The position numbers and the translations under genes were made by a program. Under the pieces are notes generated by a model that was not told the DNA's origin, did no database searches, and saw only the letters and a program-made list of their open reading frames with translations. From Octopus sinensis (lineage: Eukaryota), in NCBI RefSeq assembly GCF_006345805.1, contig NC_042998.1, positions 7,316,001 through 7,380,000 on the forward strand: a stretch of DNA of 64,000 bases, given 5' to 3'. Positions 35,758 to 49,450 of the stretch are shown piece after piece (positions within the stretch are counted from its first letter, which is position 1; every line of letters begins with the position of its first letter).

Positions 35758-36142
35758 TGGAAGCACTCCATCGGTTACGACGACGAGGGTTCCAGTTGAT
35801 CCGAATCAACGGAACAGCCTGCTTGTGGAATTAACGTGTAAGTGGCTGAGCACTCCACAGACACGTGTACCCTTAACGTAGTTCTCGGGGATATTCAGCG
35901 TGACACAGAGAGTGACAAGGCCGGCCCTTTGAAATACAGGTACAACAGAAACAGGAAGTAAGAGTGAGAGAAAGTTGTGGTGAAAGAGTACAGCAGGGAT
36001 CACCACCATCCCCTGCCAGAGCCGCGTGGAGCTTTAGGTGTTTTCGCTCAATAAACACTCACAACGCCCGGTCTGGGAATCGAAACCGCGATCCTATGAC
36101 CGCGAGTCCGCTGCCCTAACCACTGGGCCATTGCGCCTCCAC
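35758..36142 (-). mobile_element. SINE family C with tail I, full length
   Basis: Near-identical reverse complement of 24167-24555. Confidence 0.9.
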
Positions 36143-37684
36143 TGTATCAAATTAATGCTCATAATGTCTAATGTTCCCATAATGTAGACGAAGATATGGC
36201 TGAGTGATTAAGAAGTTTGTTTTACAACCATGAGGTCTTGGGTTCAACTTCACTACTTGGCATCTTGGGCAAATGTTTTTTACTTATGCCTCAAGTCAAC
36301 CCTTTGTGAGATAAATTGGGTAGACAGAGACTGTAGGAAAGCTTTCTGGGTTGATTCTATCTATAATTCAAAGGTACCTGCTGATTTTACCTGAGGATTA
36401 CATTTAAAGCACAGCTGTCTGTAGAATGCTCAACTAATCAAAGCTAATTCAATGAGTTGGAAATTTAGGTGATTAAACAACTGAGTCCTCCTCATCAAAA
36501 CCAAAGGTAACTCATTTTTATAATGAATATTATATGACAGAACATAAGTAGGTTCAAGTGTTAACGTTGTTATTATGTTTGCCTATCTCTGAAAGTTGTT
36601 AATTGCTGACGTAATTCATTAGCGTCTAAATGTGATAAGTGCTTGTGTATGCAAAAATGTGTGTGCTTATTCCTTCTGAATCCCAAAGATACGTAAAGCT
36701 GGTGCTTATCTCTGTTGAACATACAGAGGTAAATTGTTTCCTTGACAGAACACCAATCTCTTACTGACAGCTTTTTGTTTCCATCTTAAGAAATACTGCA
36801 AGCCAATAAAATAATCATCAATTTTATAGCACAGCTCCCGCCTATGGTGGTGACTTATACAACTCGTGGTACCTAGTTGGAGCTATGTGAACTCAGCCAT
36901 TGAAAATTAAATGTCTTGAACAAGAGACAATGCAGTACTAATGTTAGGCTATTAACCACCAGTCTATTAGTTGCTTTTTTCTTTTTTTCTAGTAAATTAT
37001 CAACTGACCCATTTTCACTTTTTAATTAAAGAATATATACAAATATGATGTAATTTATCTACGTGGAGAGAAAGTCAAACCACTAATGTTGTTTCAAGAG
37101 AGAAGAAATGCCTAAAGGATAGTAATGGAATGAAATTTCTTTAGATTTATAATCTAAGTAATTTGTGTTTCTTTAATAATTAAGATCATTAAGCTGACAA
37201 TGAGAAATTATAACATTATTAATTGAGGGATCTGCACCTAAACTCTGTTGATTAACTAAACATTTCATACATGAAGTTAATTAACATCAGTAATATTTAA
37301 TAAGTATAACAATAAAGTTATCAAATCATATTTACTCATTTCTCTTACTGAAACAAGTCATATTCTTGAGCCATCATCATCATCATCATCATTGTCATCG
37401 TTTTTAACTCCTTCTTTTCCATGCTGGTATAGGTTGGATGGGACTTTCTGAGAGATAGTGTTTTATGCTTGGATGCCCTTCCCAATCCCAACCCTTTAAC
37501 TGCTTCTTATGACACACAAGGATACTGTGACCCTGTTTCAAAATCCAAGTTACACATGAGATCTAAATACCTGCAACCTACAAAAAAAAAACACAAAAAA
37601 ATCTTGTCTTGGTATAAAAGATGGGCTACAGAAAATATTCTGCTCAAAACCACAGATTTGCTTGTCAGTTGTTTGACCTTAACC

Positions 37685-38092
37685 AGTTGAGCATGTCCCT
37701 TAGTGGCTGACAATATGTGCATCTCTCATTACAAGCAGAAGTAGTGGGGAAGCATCATAGCCATGTGTTGAAAGGAATTCATGGAGGTTTGGATAATTCA
37801 CCTTTGTAAACATGGGTGGTTCATTCAACATCCTTAAACAACCCTTATTCAGGGACCTTTTGAGCGGGATGGGCTACTTGACCAGAAGTAAATTCTAACT
37901 GGGCCCCACCTGCAAGGTCATGCACTGTTTACCTTAATATGAGATCACCATGTCGCGCACATATGGTTGTGATGCATGTGCCTAGTGTACCCTTATCAGA
38001 CGGGTAGTCATGATGGTATACTGGGCTTTGTATATTTTACCCCAGTGTCACTTTGATGGCATGCACTGCTCTCTCACTCAATAATAATAATA
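37685..38092 (+). mobile_element. Unclassified (TAA)n-tailed retroposon
   Basis: Non-coding, moderately GC-rich body ending ctctctcactc(AAT)n; class not determined. Confidence 0.4.
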
Positions 38093-38527
38093 GGCTTATT
38101 GTATACAGTGCTCAGGTGCACTTCAACTCATCAGATAAGAGTAGTGAGGTAGAAAGCAGCACTGAAAGCCTGAATTCATGCTCAGTGCACAAATAAAGCA
38201 GAAAAAGACAAGAAAAGTAGACACTAAAAGGGTCACAGAGAAGAAAGGGTGCCTGTGTAATGTAGGCAAACTTTGGGAAGCATAGAATTATTGAAAGCTA
38301 CAAAGTCCCGGTAGCTAATAGCCAACACAGATAGTTTACTCAATGCTTCAAATATTCCAAGTATGAACATGAATGAAAAGCTTTGTGTAAGCAAAACATA
38401 CATTCGATCTTATAAATATAAAATGAGATAATTTATAGTCACTTATGCAAATGCAAAAATAGGTATATAGGCATATATCATCACCATCAATTAAAAGGAA
38501 AGTTTTCATATGGTTTAGAGGGCATTT

Positions 38528-38935
38528 TACTCTTTACTTTTTTACTCTTTTACTTGTTTCAGTCATTTTGACTGCAACCATGCTGGAGCACCGCCTTTAG
38601 TCGAGCAAATCAACCCCGGGACTTATTCTTTGTAAGCCCAGTACTTATTCTATCGGTCTCTTTTGCCGAACCGCTAAGTGACAGGGACGTAAACACACCA
38701 GCATCGGTTGTCAAGCAATGCTAGGGGGACAAACACAGACACACAAACATATACACACACATACATATATACGACAGGCTTCTTTCGGTTTCCGTCTACC
38801 AAATCCACTCACAAGGCATTGGTCGGCCCGGGGCTATAGCAGAAGACACTTGCCCAAGATGCCACGCAGTGGGACTGAACCCGGAACCATGTGGTTGGTA
38901 AGCAAGCTACTTACCACACAGCCACTCCTCTGCCT
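38528..38935 (-). mobile_element. SINE family A
   Basis: Full body. Confidence 0.9.
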
Positions 38936-39579
38936 GTATAAAAAGAAAAACCTAACAAGTGTACTGGGTGCGTTTGATCAATGCACTGCCACTAGAGAGG
39001 GAATTTTCATTTTGTGAGTCTCTGTTAAAAAGAAACAAACTTTAAAATCACATTTGACCAAATAACTACAAACTTAAGGACAATTTCTCTGTGTGTGTGT
39101 GTGTAATTATGAGCATAATTTAGTGTGTTCATATACACACACATGTTCACGCAAATAGAAGCACATCTGACACAGGTCAGCTAGAAAACTTAAGTTACTT
39201 CCCTTGGCTTGGGCATCTTTTGTCAGGTTTAGAAAATACTGTTATAACCCTTAATTGTTCATACACTCCTCCTTCACACAAACACTCACTCCCTCTCCCC
39301 CCTCTCTCTCTCTTACACACACATACTTAATGAAGATAACTTGCAAACTAACAGAAGAAAGACTCACAATACTGTACAGGCATCCCCTGCAATATGGAAG
39401 CTTTGCATTTGTGATAGTCTTGCTTTAACATGGAGTTTCATTACACAGAACATATTTTCACATTCCCTTTCATGTTTATTGACTTCCATATAACATAGAA
39501 GTCAATAAAAAAATAGGCTTTCTGTTTACACAACTCCACATTACAGCAAAACTTTCAGAAGTGCAATACCTCCATGACT

Positions 39580-39950
39580 TACTCTTTTACTTGTTTCAGT
39601 CATTTGACTGCGGCCATGCTGGAGCACCTACTTTAGTCGAGCAACTCGACCCCGGGACTTGTTCTTTTGTAAGCCCAGTACTTATTCTATCGGTCTCTTT
39701 TGCCAAACCGCTAAGTGACGGGGATGTAAACACACCAGCATCGGTTGTCAAGCAATGCTAGGGGGACAAACATATATATAAACATACATATATACGACGG
39801 GCTTCTTTCAGTTTCCGTCTACCAAATCCACTCACAAGGCATTGGTTGGCTCAAGGCTATAGTAGAAGACACTTGCCCAAGATGCCACGCAGTGGGACTG
39901 AACCCGGAACCATGTGGTTGGTAAGCAAGCTACATACCACACAGCCACTC
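39580..39950 (-). mobile_element. SINE family A
   Basis: Near-full body with a shortened centre. Confidence 0.9.
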
Positions 39951-41936
39951 AGAGAATTCCTGTAATTAGGAAGCAGTGGCCGCTGTTTCTCTCAATAATG
40001 TTTTATTTTATTAACCCTGATTTAGAGTTTCAGGGCAAAGAACAGAGCCCTTTTCACAAGAATTACAGAGGACATGCACTCATTTTTCACTCAAAATTAT
40101 AGAAGATAAAATAATTACTTTACATAAAACTACATATATTCTTGTAGGACGTTCAATGAACTAATACAGTCTTCTTCATCTTTTGACCTTTCGGCCAATA
40201 GATCAGCCCTGTTATATCTCCTAAGGGTTAATATCTAGACATTTTTCTGGAAGTTTGTTACAACATTTATAAACTTACACACAAAAGTGAATTTAAAATA
40301 ATTCAAGCTTGGATATGCACATGATTATAATCACCTTTATAGCTGTCATCCTCATCATCATAGCCATCATCATTTTTAATGCTCATCTTCTATAATATTA
40401 TAGTAAACCCAAATCCAAAGGTTATAGAGACTACATACACAAATACACATGAATGCACTGACACACACACACACACGTTAGGTCATGGTTTTGGACTGGG
40501 AAATTCTGTGAGCTGTGGTTCAAAACTCAACAGGTTCCTTGCTACATTTTCAAAGTATAAAAAGGGTGGGGAGAGAGAGAGAGAGAGATGAAATGATTTG
40601 TAAGTAACCACAGGGATGTATTATATTTTACTTTTACAACAGTTTTCTCAATATCCTATAGTCATACTTTGTCTAAATTGTGATTCCTTTTCTAATAAAC
40701 TTAGCTACTCTACACTTCATTGCTACATCAGAAACATCAACCCTCAAATCTTAGATATATTATCTAAATTACTTGTCACACAACTAAATTGCCCTCTTTC
40801 CAAATTTCTGACATGAAATTCTCAATGTTGATCTTAAATCTCCAACATTTTGAAATTTTATCTTTCCCCCTAACTGCTTTACAACCGTCTTGATCTTCTG
40901 CTACTTACAATAAAATCACTAAACATTAAAGTTTTTGTGTCTGCCTAACTAGGTACCACAAGTTCCCTCTGTCTGGATTTTGAAGCTATTCTTAGTAACT
41001 CTCACTTAAGCCTTTCCCTCCCTTTAGCACATAGGCCATTGATGACTTTTCTCAACTGATCATGAATCTTGGCTGTGTTTTCCCTCTCTCGGGTCTTGTT
41101 GGTTTTTGAATTGTCATTGATGCTTCTGTTACTTTGCTCTTTCTTATGTTGGGGTTTTGGCCCTACGCAAACCCATTTTTACCTGTGGAAAGAGATGGTT
41201 CATATTAGCCTGGCTTCTATCCTTTGACTTGTCCAACATAAGAGGCCCCCACTAGGAAGCTGCATTTTGCTGACACAGCTCCAAGGCACACTAGTCACCA
41301 TACTGCAACAAGGACTGGACCTTGTGGAAGATTCTCATTAATACTTAGCCCATAATATACAATATGTTTATATTTTGAATTACACATATTGGCAGCACCA
41401 AAATCTTTTAAATGCTTAAGGTCTCTATGGATTTTAATCTGCCCCCAGTAAATATGGTATTATCTTTTACTGAAATAGTCATATTCCATTATCTTTTACT
41501 GTATTACCTTTTACCAAAATACCTATAGCATATTATTATCTTTTAGTGAAATAGTCATATTCTAGTACTAGTTTTTACCGAAATTGCAATTCTCCAATCA
41601 AAGTCCCCAAAACTTCTTTTCTCAGTTTTGTAAAGATTTTTGTTTCTGTTGTTTCACCCTTTGTTAGCCCTGATTCTGCAGACTGATGATTATATGTCAT
41701 TCCAGCAGTGAGGCCATCCCATCTCTCTCTATATCTAGAATGTATTGTCCGTGTGTCTTTCTTTTTCATAGATTGTGGGTTGTATTTGAGCAAATTTCAT
41801 TTGTATTTTATGACAGGCTAAGGATGTCTTGTAAGTAAATTGATCAGCTTAAGAGTAAAGAATGATAAATCTCAGAGCGAGTTATAAACAGTAGCAGCAA
41901 CACATCGTGACGTATATTTGCCATTTGAATATGGCT

Positions 41937-42097
41937 AACCCCTAAGGGTGGATGCTACTGTAGTTTGTAGCCCCAGGAGGACACCAGGATGGCTTCCCTT
42001 TGCAAATACTGATAGGGCACAGAAGTATGTCTATAGCCAGCTGGAGGAGGTGTCCTCCTGGGGCTACAAACTACAGTAGCATCCACCCTTAGGGGTT
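41937..42097. repeat. Perfect 49-bp inverted repeat with a 63-nt spacer
   Basis: 41937-41985 is the exact reverse complement of 42049-42097. Confidence 0.9.
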
Positions 42098-42284
42098 TAA
42101 GGGTAAAGGTTTTGCTATAAAAAAAGTTATCAAGAGCTTATCAGTTTATAATGTTATTGTAGAATATATTGGTCAGTGGTATAACAAAGCCATTGGAGTT
42201 AATGTTTGTGTGTAGCATAGTCTCTTTGAGAATGAGGTCGTGATTTTGTGCAATAGAAAAATATTTCTGTTTCTAAATACCTTT

Positions 42285-42597
42285 AATCTTTTGTTTTACC
42301 TGTTTCAGTCACTGGACTGTGGCCATGCTGGAGCACCACATTGAAGGGTTTTTAGTTGAACAAATCAACCTTTGTACTTATTTAAAAAAAAAAAAATCTG
42401 CCACTCATCATATCAGACTCATTTTCTGAACTGCTAAGTTACAAGGACGTGAACAAATCAACACCATTCATCAAACAGTGGTGGCAGTGGTGGGTGTCGG
42501 GGCTTTGGTCAGCTCTGAACTAGGGCAGAAGACACTTGCCAAAGGTGTCATATAGTGAAACTGAACTCGACTGGGAAGCAAATTTCTACCACACAGA
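42285..42597 (-). mobile_element. Old, diverged family A SINE
   Basis: Degenerate tgtttcagtcac...gaagacacttgcc. Confidence 0.6.
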
Positions 42598-42975
42598 GTA
42601 TTTTTTTATTTTCAAAGTGATAGATACGTCCTCTAAATGGGAGATAAATATCTGAGATACTGTTTAGTTCTTGAACACTTTTGGATTAAATAGAATTAAT
42701 GTAGATATCAAGGAAACAATCCTGTAATATTAAAACTTTCTACTCAGTTATGACACTAAGAATTTCTATAAAAATTAAACCCCACAATCTCTGACGATTA
42801 CACACCTGTAATTTGGCCCAAACTGCACCCCATATTTTATACTTTCTTCCAGTGATAGAAAATAAATACCAGCCCTGATTAGTTTTTGGATCCTGAGAAA
42901 GCAAAAGTCCCACAGCATAAGTACTGCGTACATATATGGGATGATATTGCTGTATCTTGTCCAAGCATCATGAAC

Positions 42976-43303
42976 TCATCATCATCATCATCGTCTAACG
43001 TCCGTTTTCCGTGCTAGCACGGGTTGGACGGTTCGACCGGGGTCTGGGAAGCCAGGGGTTGCACCAGGCTCCAGTCTGATCTGGCAGTTTTTCTACAGCT
43101 GGATGCCCTTCCTAACGCCAACCACTCCGCGAGTGTAGTGGGTGCTTTTTACGTGCCACCGGCACAGGTACCAGGGGAGTCTGGCATTGGCCATGATTGG
43201 TTGGTGCTTTTAACGTGCCACTGGCACGGAAGCCAGTCGAGGCGGCACTGGCATCGGCCACGTTCGGATGGTGCTTTTTATGTGCCACCAGCACGGAAGC
43301 CAA
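42976..43303 (-). mobile_element. Family R retroposon with ~3 modules
   Basis: (CAT)n start and conserved body. Confidence 0.85.
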
Positions 43304-43829
43304 TATTTATTAAAAAGGCCATATTGTAAAGATTAGTAAAAATTAAGTCACCAGTACATATAACTGCTGCTTTATACATCTTCTTTCTGCCTCTTATATT
43401 ATTTATGTTACTGCCTCCATTTCTGTGAACTAGTGTATCAACTTCTGCATTAGTCCACCAATATTTCTGCCTTGCTGCCACTTAGTTTTTCTCATCTCTT
43501 GTACTTCCTACATGGATATAAATATTTCTCTGATGCCCACATCCAGTCCATGTTTTCCCTTGCAGTTCTCAATCTACAGAAGTTCCAGCTGGATGGCAAC
43601 TGCATTGAATTTACTAATGTCAGGTGGAAGGGCCTTTACAGGTCATGATAAAACTCAACAAAGTAAACAAAAAAAAAACTGAAATCTAAACCCATCTAGA
43701 ATGTATAGGCCTTTATGTGGACATTACTTTAGCTTCAGTATAGTCTCCCTTTCAGTACCTTGTAAAGTACCCTGAGAAGTAACTTTCTATAGGTTCACAC
43801 TTTGGGATTTTTTCTTGATTCATGATGCC

Positions 43830-43990
43830 ATATCCCTGTTCACCACTCTTGGAGCACAGAGGGCTGTTTGCAAGTATGAGTCCTGTGAGTCAGACTGGCT
43901 GTTCCAGTGCATCTCCCTTGCCATCCTCCAGGGCAATGCCTTTTCCATTTTGTCTGCTGAGACCATGAGGTTGTATGACTTACAGGAAAT
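43830..43990 (+). pseudogene. CRE-like (RLE-type) LINE C-terminal fragment
   Basis: FTTLGA...ESDWLFQCISLAILQGNAFSIL resembles the recalled ETLG...LFQRIS.AIQRGNA motif. Confidence 0.5.
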
Positions 43991-44575
43991 TGTACATTGC
44001 ACTCATTAATGTAAACTTACTCAAAGACATATTCTAACAGGAAGAATTATCATTTTACCAGAAAATGACTGCTGAACTTTCTAAAATTACCAGAAGGTGA
44101 TTACATTTTTTGTAAAGATAACAATCCTGGTGAAATTAATGATTTCATAGAATAATATTTACTGTTTTTGTCATTTTCATTGTTAGGACATTCTCCTACA
44201 TTGTGAACTTTATCTGCCATTCTCCAACAGATAATTCTTCAGCAATGATCAAGTTATCAGGCTTCTTGTCATATTGTGCTTCTCAAGAACTTTAAAGAAT
44301 GTAAAAGGTTCTGAAGATAGAGCACTTGTAAACAACTGCTTTATGGTTTTTCCATTGTATTTGTTGAAAATTCTTACTTTGCTTTCATTATTCCCAAATT
44401 TAATTTGAGTCTTAAACGTGGGTTGTTGTTTATGTACTCCTAACTTTCTTACTGGTAGAAGTAAATTGGTTTGGACTCAGTACTTTACAGTCTGTAAATA
44501 ATTGATCAAAGATATAATACAATATTTGGCTGTCTGACAGAAAATAAAAACTTCAGATGCATCAAATACACATAA

Positions 44576-44935
44576 GGTGCAGGCATGGCTATGGTTCCAG
44601 GTTCAGTCCCACTACATGGCACTTTTGGCAAGTGTCTTCTACTATAGCCTTGGGCTGATCAAAGATTTGTTGGTGGATTTGGTAGACAGAAACTGAAAGA
44701 AGCCCATTGTATGTGTGTGTGTTTGTTTTCTGTGTTTGTCTCCCACCACAGCTTGACAACCAATGGTGTGTTTACATCCTCATAACTTAGCAGTTCAGCA
44801 AAGGACACCATTAAAATAAGTATCAAGCTTAAAGAAAAAAATTCTGGAGTTGATTCATTCAAGTAAGAATTCTTCAAGACGGTGCCTCAGCATGGCTGCA
44901 GTCCAAAGACTAAAACCAGTAAAAGATAAAAGATA
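44576..44935 (+). mobile_element. Old, diverged family A SINE
   Basis: Degenerate head, centre and tail. Confidence 0.6.
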
Positions 44936-45603
44936 AGTAATTGGCAGTTAGTGAAGACCTAAATTAAAAAGCCATGATTGCTCACATAACTTTAAAAAAG
45001 ACCAGGCTACTCTTGTACAATTTTATTGGTAAATAGATTTTGAAAGTTACACTGTTGCATTTCATTTTTATCCATGACTTTATCTTTTTAAGGAAGCATG
45101 ATGTCTATTTGTATTTCAGATGACAACTAATAAACTAGTGTGATGTCTCAACAGTTGCTGAGTTAGTAAAGCTCTATTGCATCATTCAGTGCTCCTTTAC
45201 CTTTTTCACTTGCTGAGTCTGGAGGATGGGAGCCAGTGCCCATGACTTTTGTAGGCCATCAAAGACCGAATGAGCTTGAAGATGTTATGTTCTCTTTAAA
45301 CTGTTACAGGTCAAACCCTGCAAGAAGGACACAAAGGAGAAGTATCCAGTGGGGGTGGGGCAGTTCCTGGAATCAAAGACTGGGAATAATGGTTAGTGCA
45401 GGTTTGGTTTGGGATGCTATTGATTGCAGCAAAAGCAATAAGAGATTAAAAAGTTGGGGCTGCTTGAGTAGAGAAGGTATGAGACAATCAAGCTCTGAAT
45501 AACAGGGACCATTATAGCAACATTAGAAAGAAAAAGGAGAGAGAGAGAGAGAGAAGGCGGTATGCTGGTGAGTTAAAAGTTGGAGCATGTTGTTGTTGAA
45601 TAA

Positions 45604-46055
45604 CCCTTTAGCATTTGACCCGGCCATATCGGGCCCAACTATTCTACCTGTTTTATGTTCAAACTAGGCAGATCCAGCCTCTCACACCAATTCTACATTC
45701 TCGTTCTCAAAAAGAAATTAACAATCACTTTACTGAAATCTAAATGCTACGGGATAATGCATGATTAATTCAAAACAATGTGAATAAATAAGCAGTACAT
45801 TTGACTGTGTAGTCTGAATTAGTGGTTTTCAACCAGGGTTCCCCAGAACCTTAGGGTTTTGCCAGTACAGTCCATGGGTTCCGCAAGAAGTTACAAAACT
45901 GCTAAAATCGGCAGTAATTTTTAATTCTCCTGTGCAGATATGTGTGCATAAAACTATTAAATTATTGCACAGGGGTTCCTCGAGCCAGTGGAATGTTCCC
46001 TTGGGGTTCCGCTCCTGCAAAAAGTTTCAAAAGCACTGGTCTCAATGCTAAAGGG
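45604..46055. mobile_element. piggyBac-like MITE with a nested hAT MITE
   Basis: ATAA|CCCTTTAGCATT ... AATGCTAAAGGG|TTAA. Confidence 0.8.
45820..46038. mobile_element. hAT MITE, 219 bp
   Basis: TAGTGGTTTTCAACC...TCAAAAGCACTG; TSD GTCTGAAT/GTCTCAAT. Confidence 0.85.
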
Positions 46056-47402
46056 TTAAATACCAATCATGCATAGCAGTAGCAAAGTAATTCAAAAGAT
46101 AGAATAGGTTTGCACCTTGTCTATTTGGTAAATTGAAATACAACAGCATGATAAATAAACCAATGAAGATAATAGACCAATGTCTTAAAACTAAACTGGC
46201 AAGATTTGACTAGTATCTAGTAGTCTCTTAATAATTAATAAAAGCAATTTGAGTTACTGATAGAGAGTGGTGAAGATAGATAAATAAAGGCCTGTGGATT
46301 TTGAATTAAGCTTAAAATGATGATACGGGATTCAAATGAATTGAGGAGTGGGATATTACAGATTTATCCAAAGCATACCAGTATGAAAAAGAAAAAAAGA
46401 AAAATAGCAAATATGATGATTACAATGGTGATGATGATAATGATAATGGCTATGATGAAAATAATAGTGGATATAACATTGTGTTTTTATGTTATGGTTT
46501 TTTTTTTTTTTTTTGAAAAAGATTTATGAAATCTAAAATAAGTATATTTAATTGATTTCTTCCATCAGCAGAAATTGAATGCAAGAATGAAAATATGCAA
46601 TGCTAAACCAATTTTTAATTTCATAATTGCCATTTGTGGGTGTGTTTTCTACTCTGTGTTCACTGTGTTGTTTCACTGAATCTGAAAAAGTCTTTTAACC
46701 AAAATTTTTCTTTCCCCCATATCATATTCTTTGATGAGATTCCTCAATATTTCAAAGCTGAGCTTTTTTTTTTTTTCAATACATCCAAGGTTTCCTGTGT
46801 TTCTATATCAAAGAATATTGTAGCTAATACAAGACAACTCTTTGTGAAAAGATTGCAAATCTTTTAACTCCAGTTTCAAGAAGAAGGTATCAAATCATTT
46901 TGAAAAGATAGTGTCATTTCTCAAACTTGCAGAAAAGCAAAATGAATTGAAAAAATGAAAAATGAAAAAAAAAAAAAAATCAAAACAAAAAAAACTAATA
47001 TTTTGTCAGACTCAGCTTTCTTTTGAATTTCTTGTAGAACTCAAGTAAGCATTTGAAAGGACAATTCTTAGACAAATATAGAGTGAGTATGTTTTCTTAC
47101 TGAGAGTAAGTTATAGTGTCAGTATTTCTATGTGAGTATAACAACTTTTGTGAGTAGTCAGAATTGTTCTCTTAACCATCAGTAATCTACACACGTCGTT
47201 TAGTCTGAGTTCTTTGTAGATTGCTTTAAATGTCTCAATGTCATGCCAACAGTCATTTTCATCCACGGTGTTTACTTACATAGTTTTGGTAGATACTCAA
47301 CACACTCTTACTTTTGTTTGAATTTTCCCCTCATTTATGTTACCTTCCAACTTCATATTTGTTCCTAACTTAGTTTAGTTCATATGCATACATAATATAT
47401 AT

Positions 47403-47443
<41 letters not shown>

Positions 47444-47504
47444 TATATGTGCACATACTTTTACATGTATTTTTATACATTTTGAATTATTTACTTACAG
47501 TATG

Positions 47505-47561
<57 letters not shown>

Positions 47562-47622
47562 TTCGTTTTTGCGTGTGTTATTATTGCCGTAATATCCCTC
47601 CCAAGACACCACAAGATACATT

Positions 47623-47657
<35 letters not shown>

Positions 47658-48788
47658 AAGCAATATTTTTTTTTAATTTGTGCATTTCTAATTCTGATGA
47701 AAAAGTAGGAGCCATGATTTAGTGTATTTGATATTTTCAGAGAAACTTACCTGAACATGAACTTTTTTCTTTATATTAACAGTATAATAATGTTAGCACT
47801 GCAAAATGTTAGTCTTGGAAGTATTTCTCTTTCTTAAGGAAAGATTCTGGCAACAATTAAATAATTGACTGAGTATATTGTAGCAAGTAGAATTCCCTGA
47901 GACTATTTCATACGCAATAAAAAAACTTGAATTTAATACCAGTGTCAGATATGAAAAATATATTTGTTTTGAAAATTAGTGTACTATAAGTATCAATTTT
48001 TAAAAATCAAATTATATTTTATTAATTACCCTTTGAGAAAATGAATAAGTTATGGTCAGAAATTAATCTTGGTAAATAAGAATTTTATGGGTGTTTTTTT
48101 TTTCATGAAAATTATGTATATAGCAATTTTATTATTAGGATTATATTTTTTAAAATATCCCTGATCCTTCCTGAACTTATAAATTTTCTTCTTTCCCTGA
48201 AATGTATAAAAGCAAGCATATGAAAAAACTTGATGAAAAGTTTTTAAACATAAGATTGATTTATAGTTCAAATAAGGAAACAAAATACTTTATAAAGTGC
48301 AGGAGTACAAAGTACAGGAGTACAAAAAAGAAAAGGCAGTTGGAATGAAGTTGTAATTCTTACAAAAATAATGATAAGAACAATTAGCAAAGAATACTAA
48401 CATTTATTTTTTTCCTTTGAGGTGAAATGTACCACATTCTGGAGAAAATACTATTTTTGTAGCTCCCCATGAAAGGAATTAAGTATATGGGTCATTTTAG
48501 TCTAAATAGTTTGCAATTTTGATGTAAGAGAAGCTGAGGTCTGCAAGAGAGGCTGCAGCTTTTCTCTGGATTAAGTAGTATAAAGATGCTTGTAGTAAGC
48601 CTGCAATTGTTTTTTGATGTTAGTTTTAGAAAAGCACATGTCTCTGTTTGTCTGTCTGTTCGTCAATCGATCATAAGAAAAAGAAAGTAGTCAGGATTTG
48701 GACAAAAACTATATTTACCACTTTTGTCCCTGTGGTATGAATGATGAAAGAGGACAACAGAAAAAGGAGAAAGGAAATATAATCAGGT

Positions 48789-48975
48789 CTTACCTCGGCG
48801 AAGATTAGTCTACCAAAAACTCAGCGAAGATCAGATCTCTCTCGATACGTCTCGTCCCTTCCTCGTGTGAGCTGCAACTGCTGCTTCGTTGATGCCACAC
48901 ATGCGTCATCCCTCACCGCTTCTGTCTCCTGCCGCGCATGTGCCCTACAAGCCCTACTTCCGCCCTCCCCTATCT
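48789..48975 (-). promoter_or_regulatory. Candidate antisense promoter / non-coding first exon with splice donor
   Basis: CpG-rich island with GGGAGGGCGG, CGGAAGT, GCACATGCGCGG and TGACGCA motifs, then GAG|GTAAGA at 48794/48793. Confidence 0.35.
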
Positions 48976-49141
48976 GCCATCCTCTCCATTGACACCACAG
49001 CCCCCTTGAGTGAGGTGTTCATCATTCATGATGAATCCTTGAAAGGGCCAAAAATGCTAAACAAATAATTTCTCTCCAAATCCTGGCTACCTCCTTTTTC
49101 TTAATATATAAAATCTGTACACCTATTCTAACAATCTACAC

Positions 49142-49450
49142 ATAAAGATCCCCTTCAGTCATGAATGACCATGGGTTTGCACCTAGAAAGTTACCCTCTG
49201 AGGCACAAGTCTTGGCTGGGTTGTTTGCAGAAGACTAGCACCTGCCTATGCATACCACCCTTCCCTCTCCACGCCACCAATGTTGTCCAAGGGAAAGGTA
49301 AATGGTGACACAACTTGGCATGAATGACGTTGCAATTCATTCCTACAGGTGAGTGAACTGAGCAACAGGAAAATAAAGTCTCTTGCTCAAGAGCACAACA
49401 CACAGCCTAATGATTGTAAACTCAGTGCTCTAACCACTAAGCCATTCACC
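49142..49450 (-). mobile_element. SINE family D with tail IV
   Basis: tgtgctcttgagcaagag centre; tail ending gactgaagggatcttta. Confidence 0.7.

Noticed and set aside
41772-41830. AG...GTAAGT-bounded 59-nt pseudo-exon in the RasGRF intron
   Set aside because: Frameshifting, no PH-domain similarity, and the flanking exons already align without a gap.
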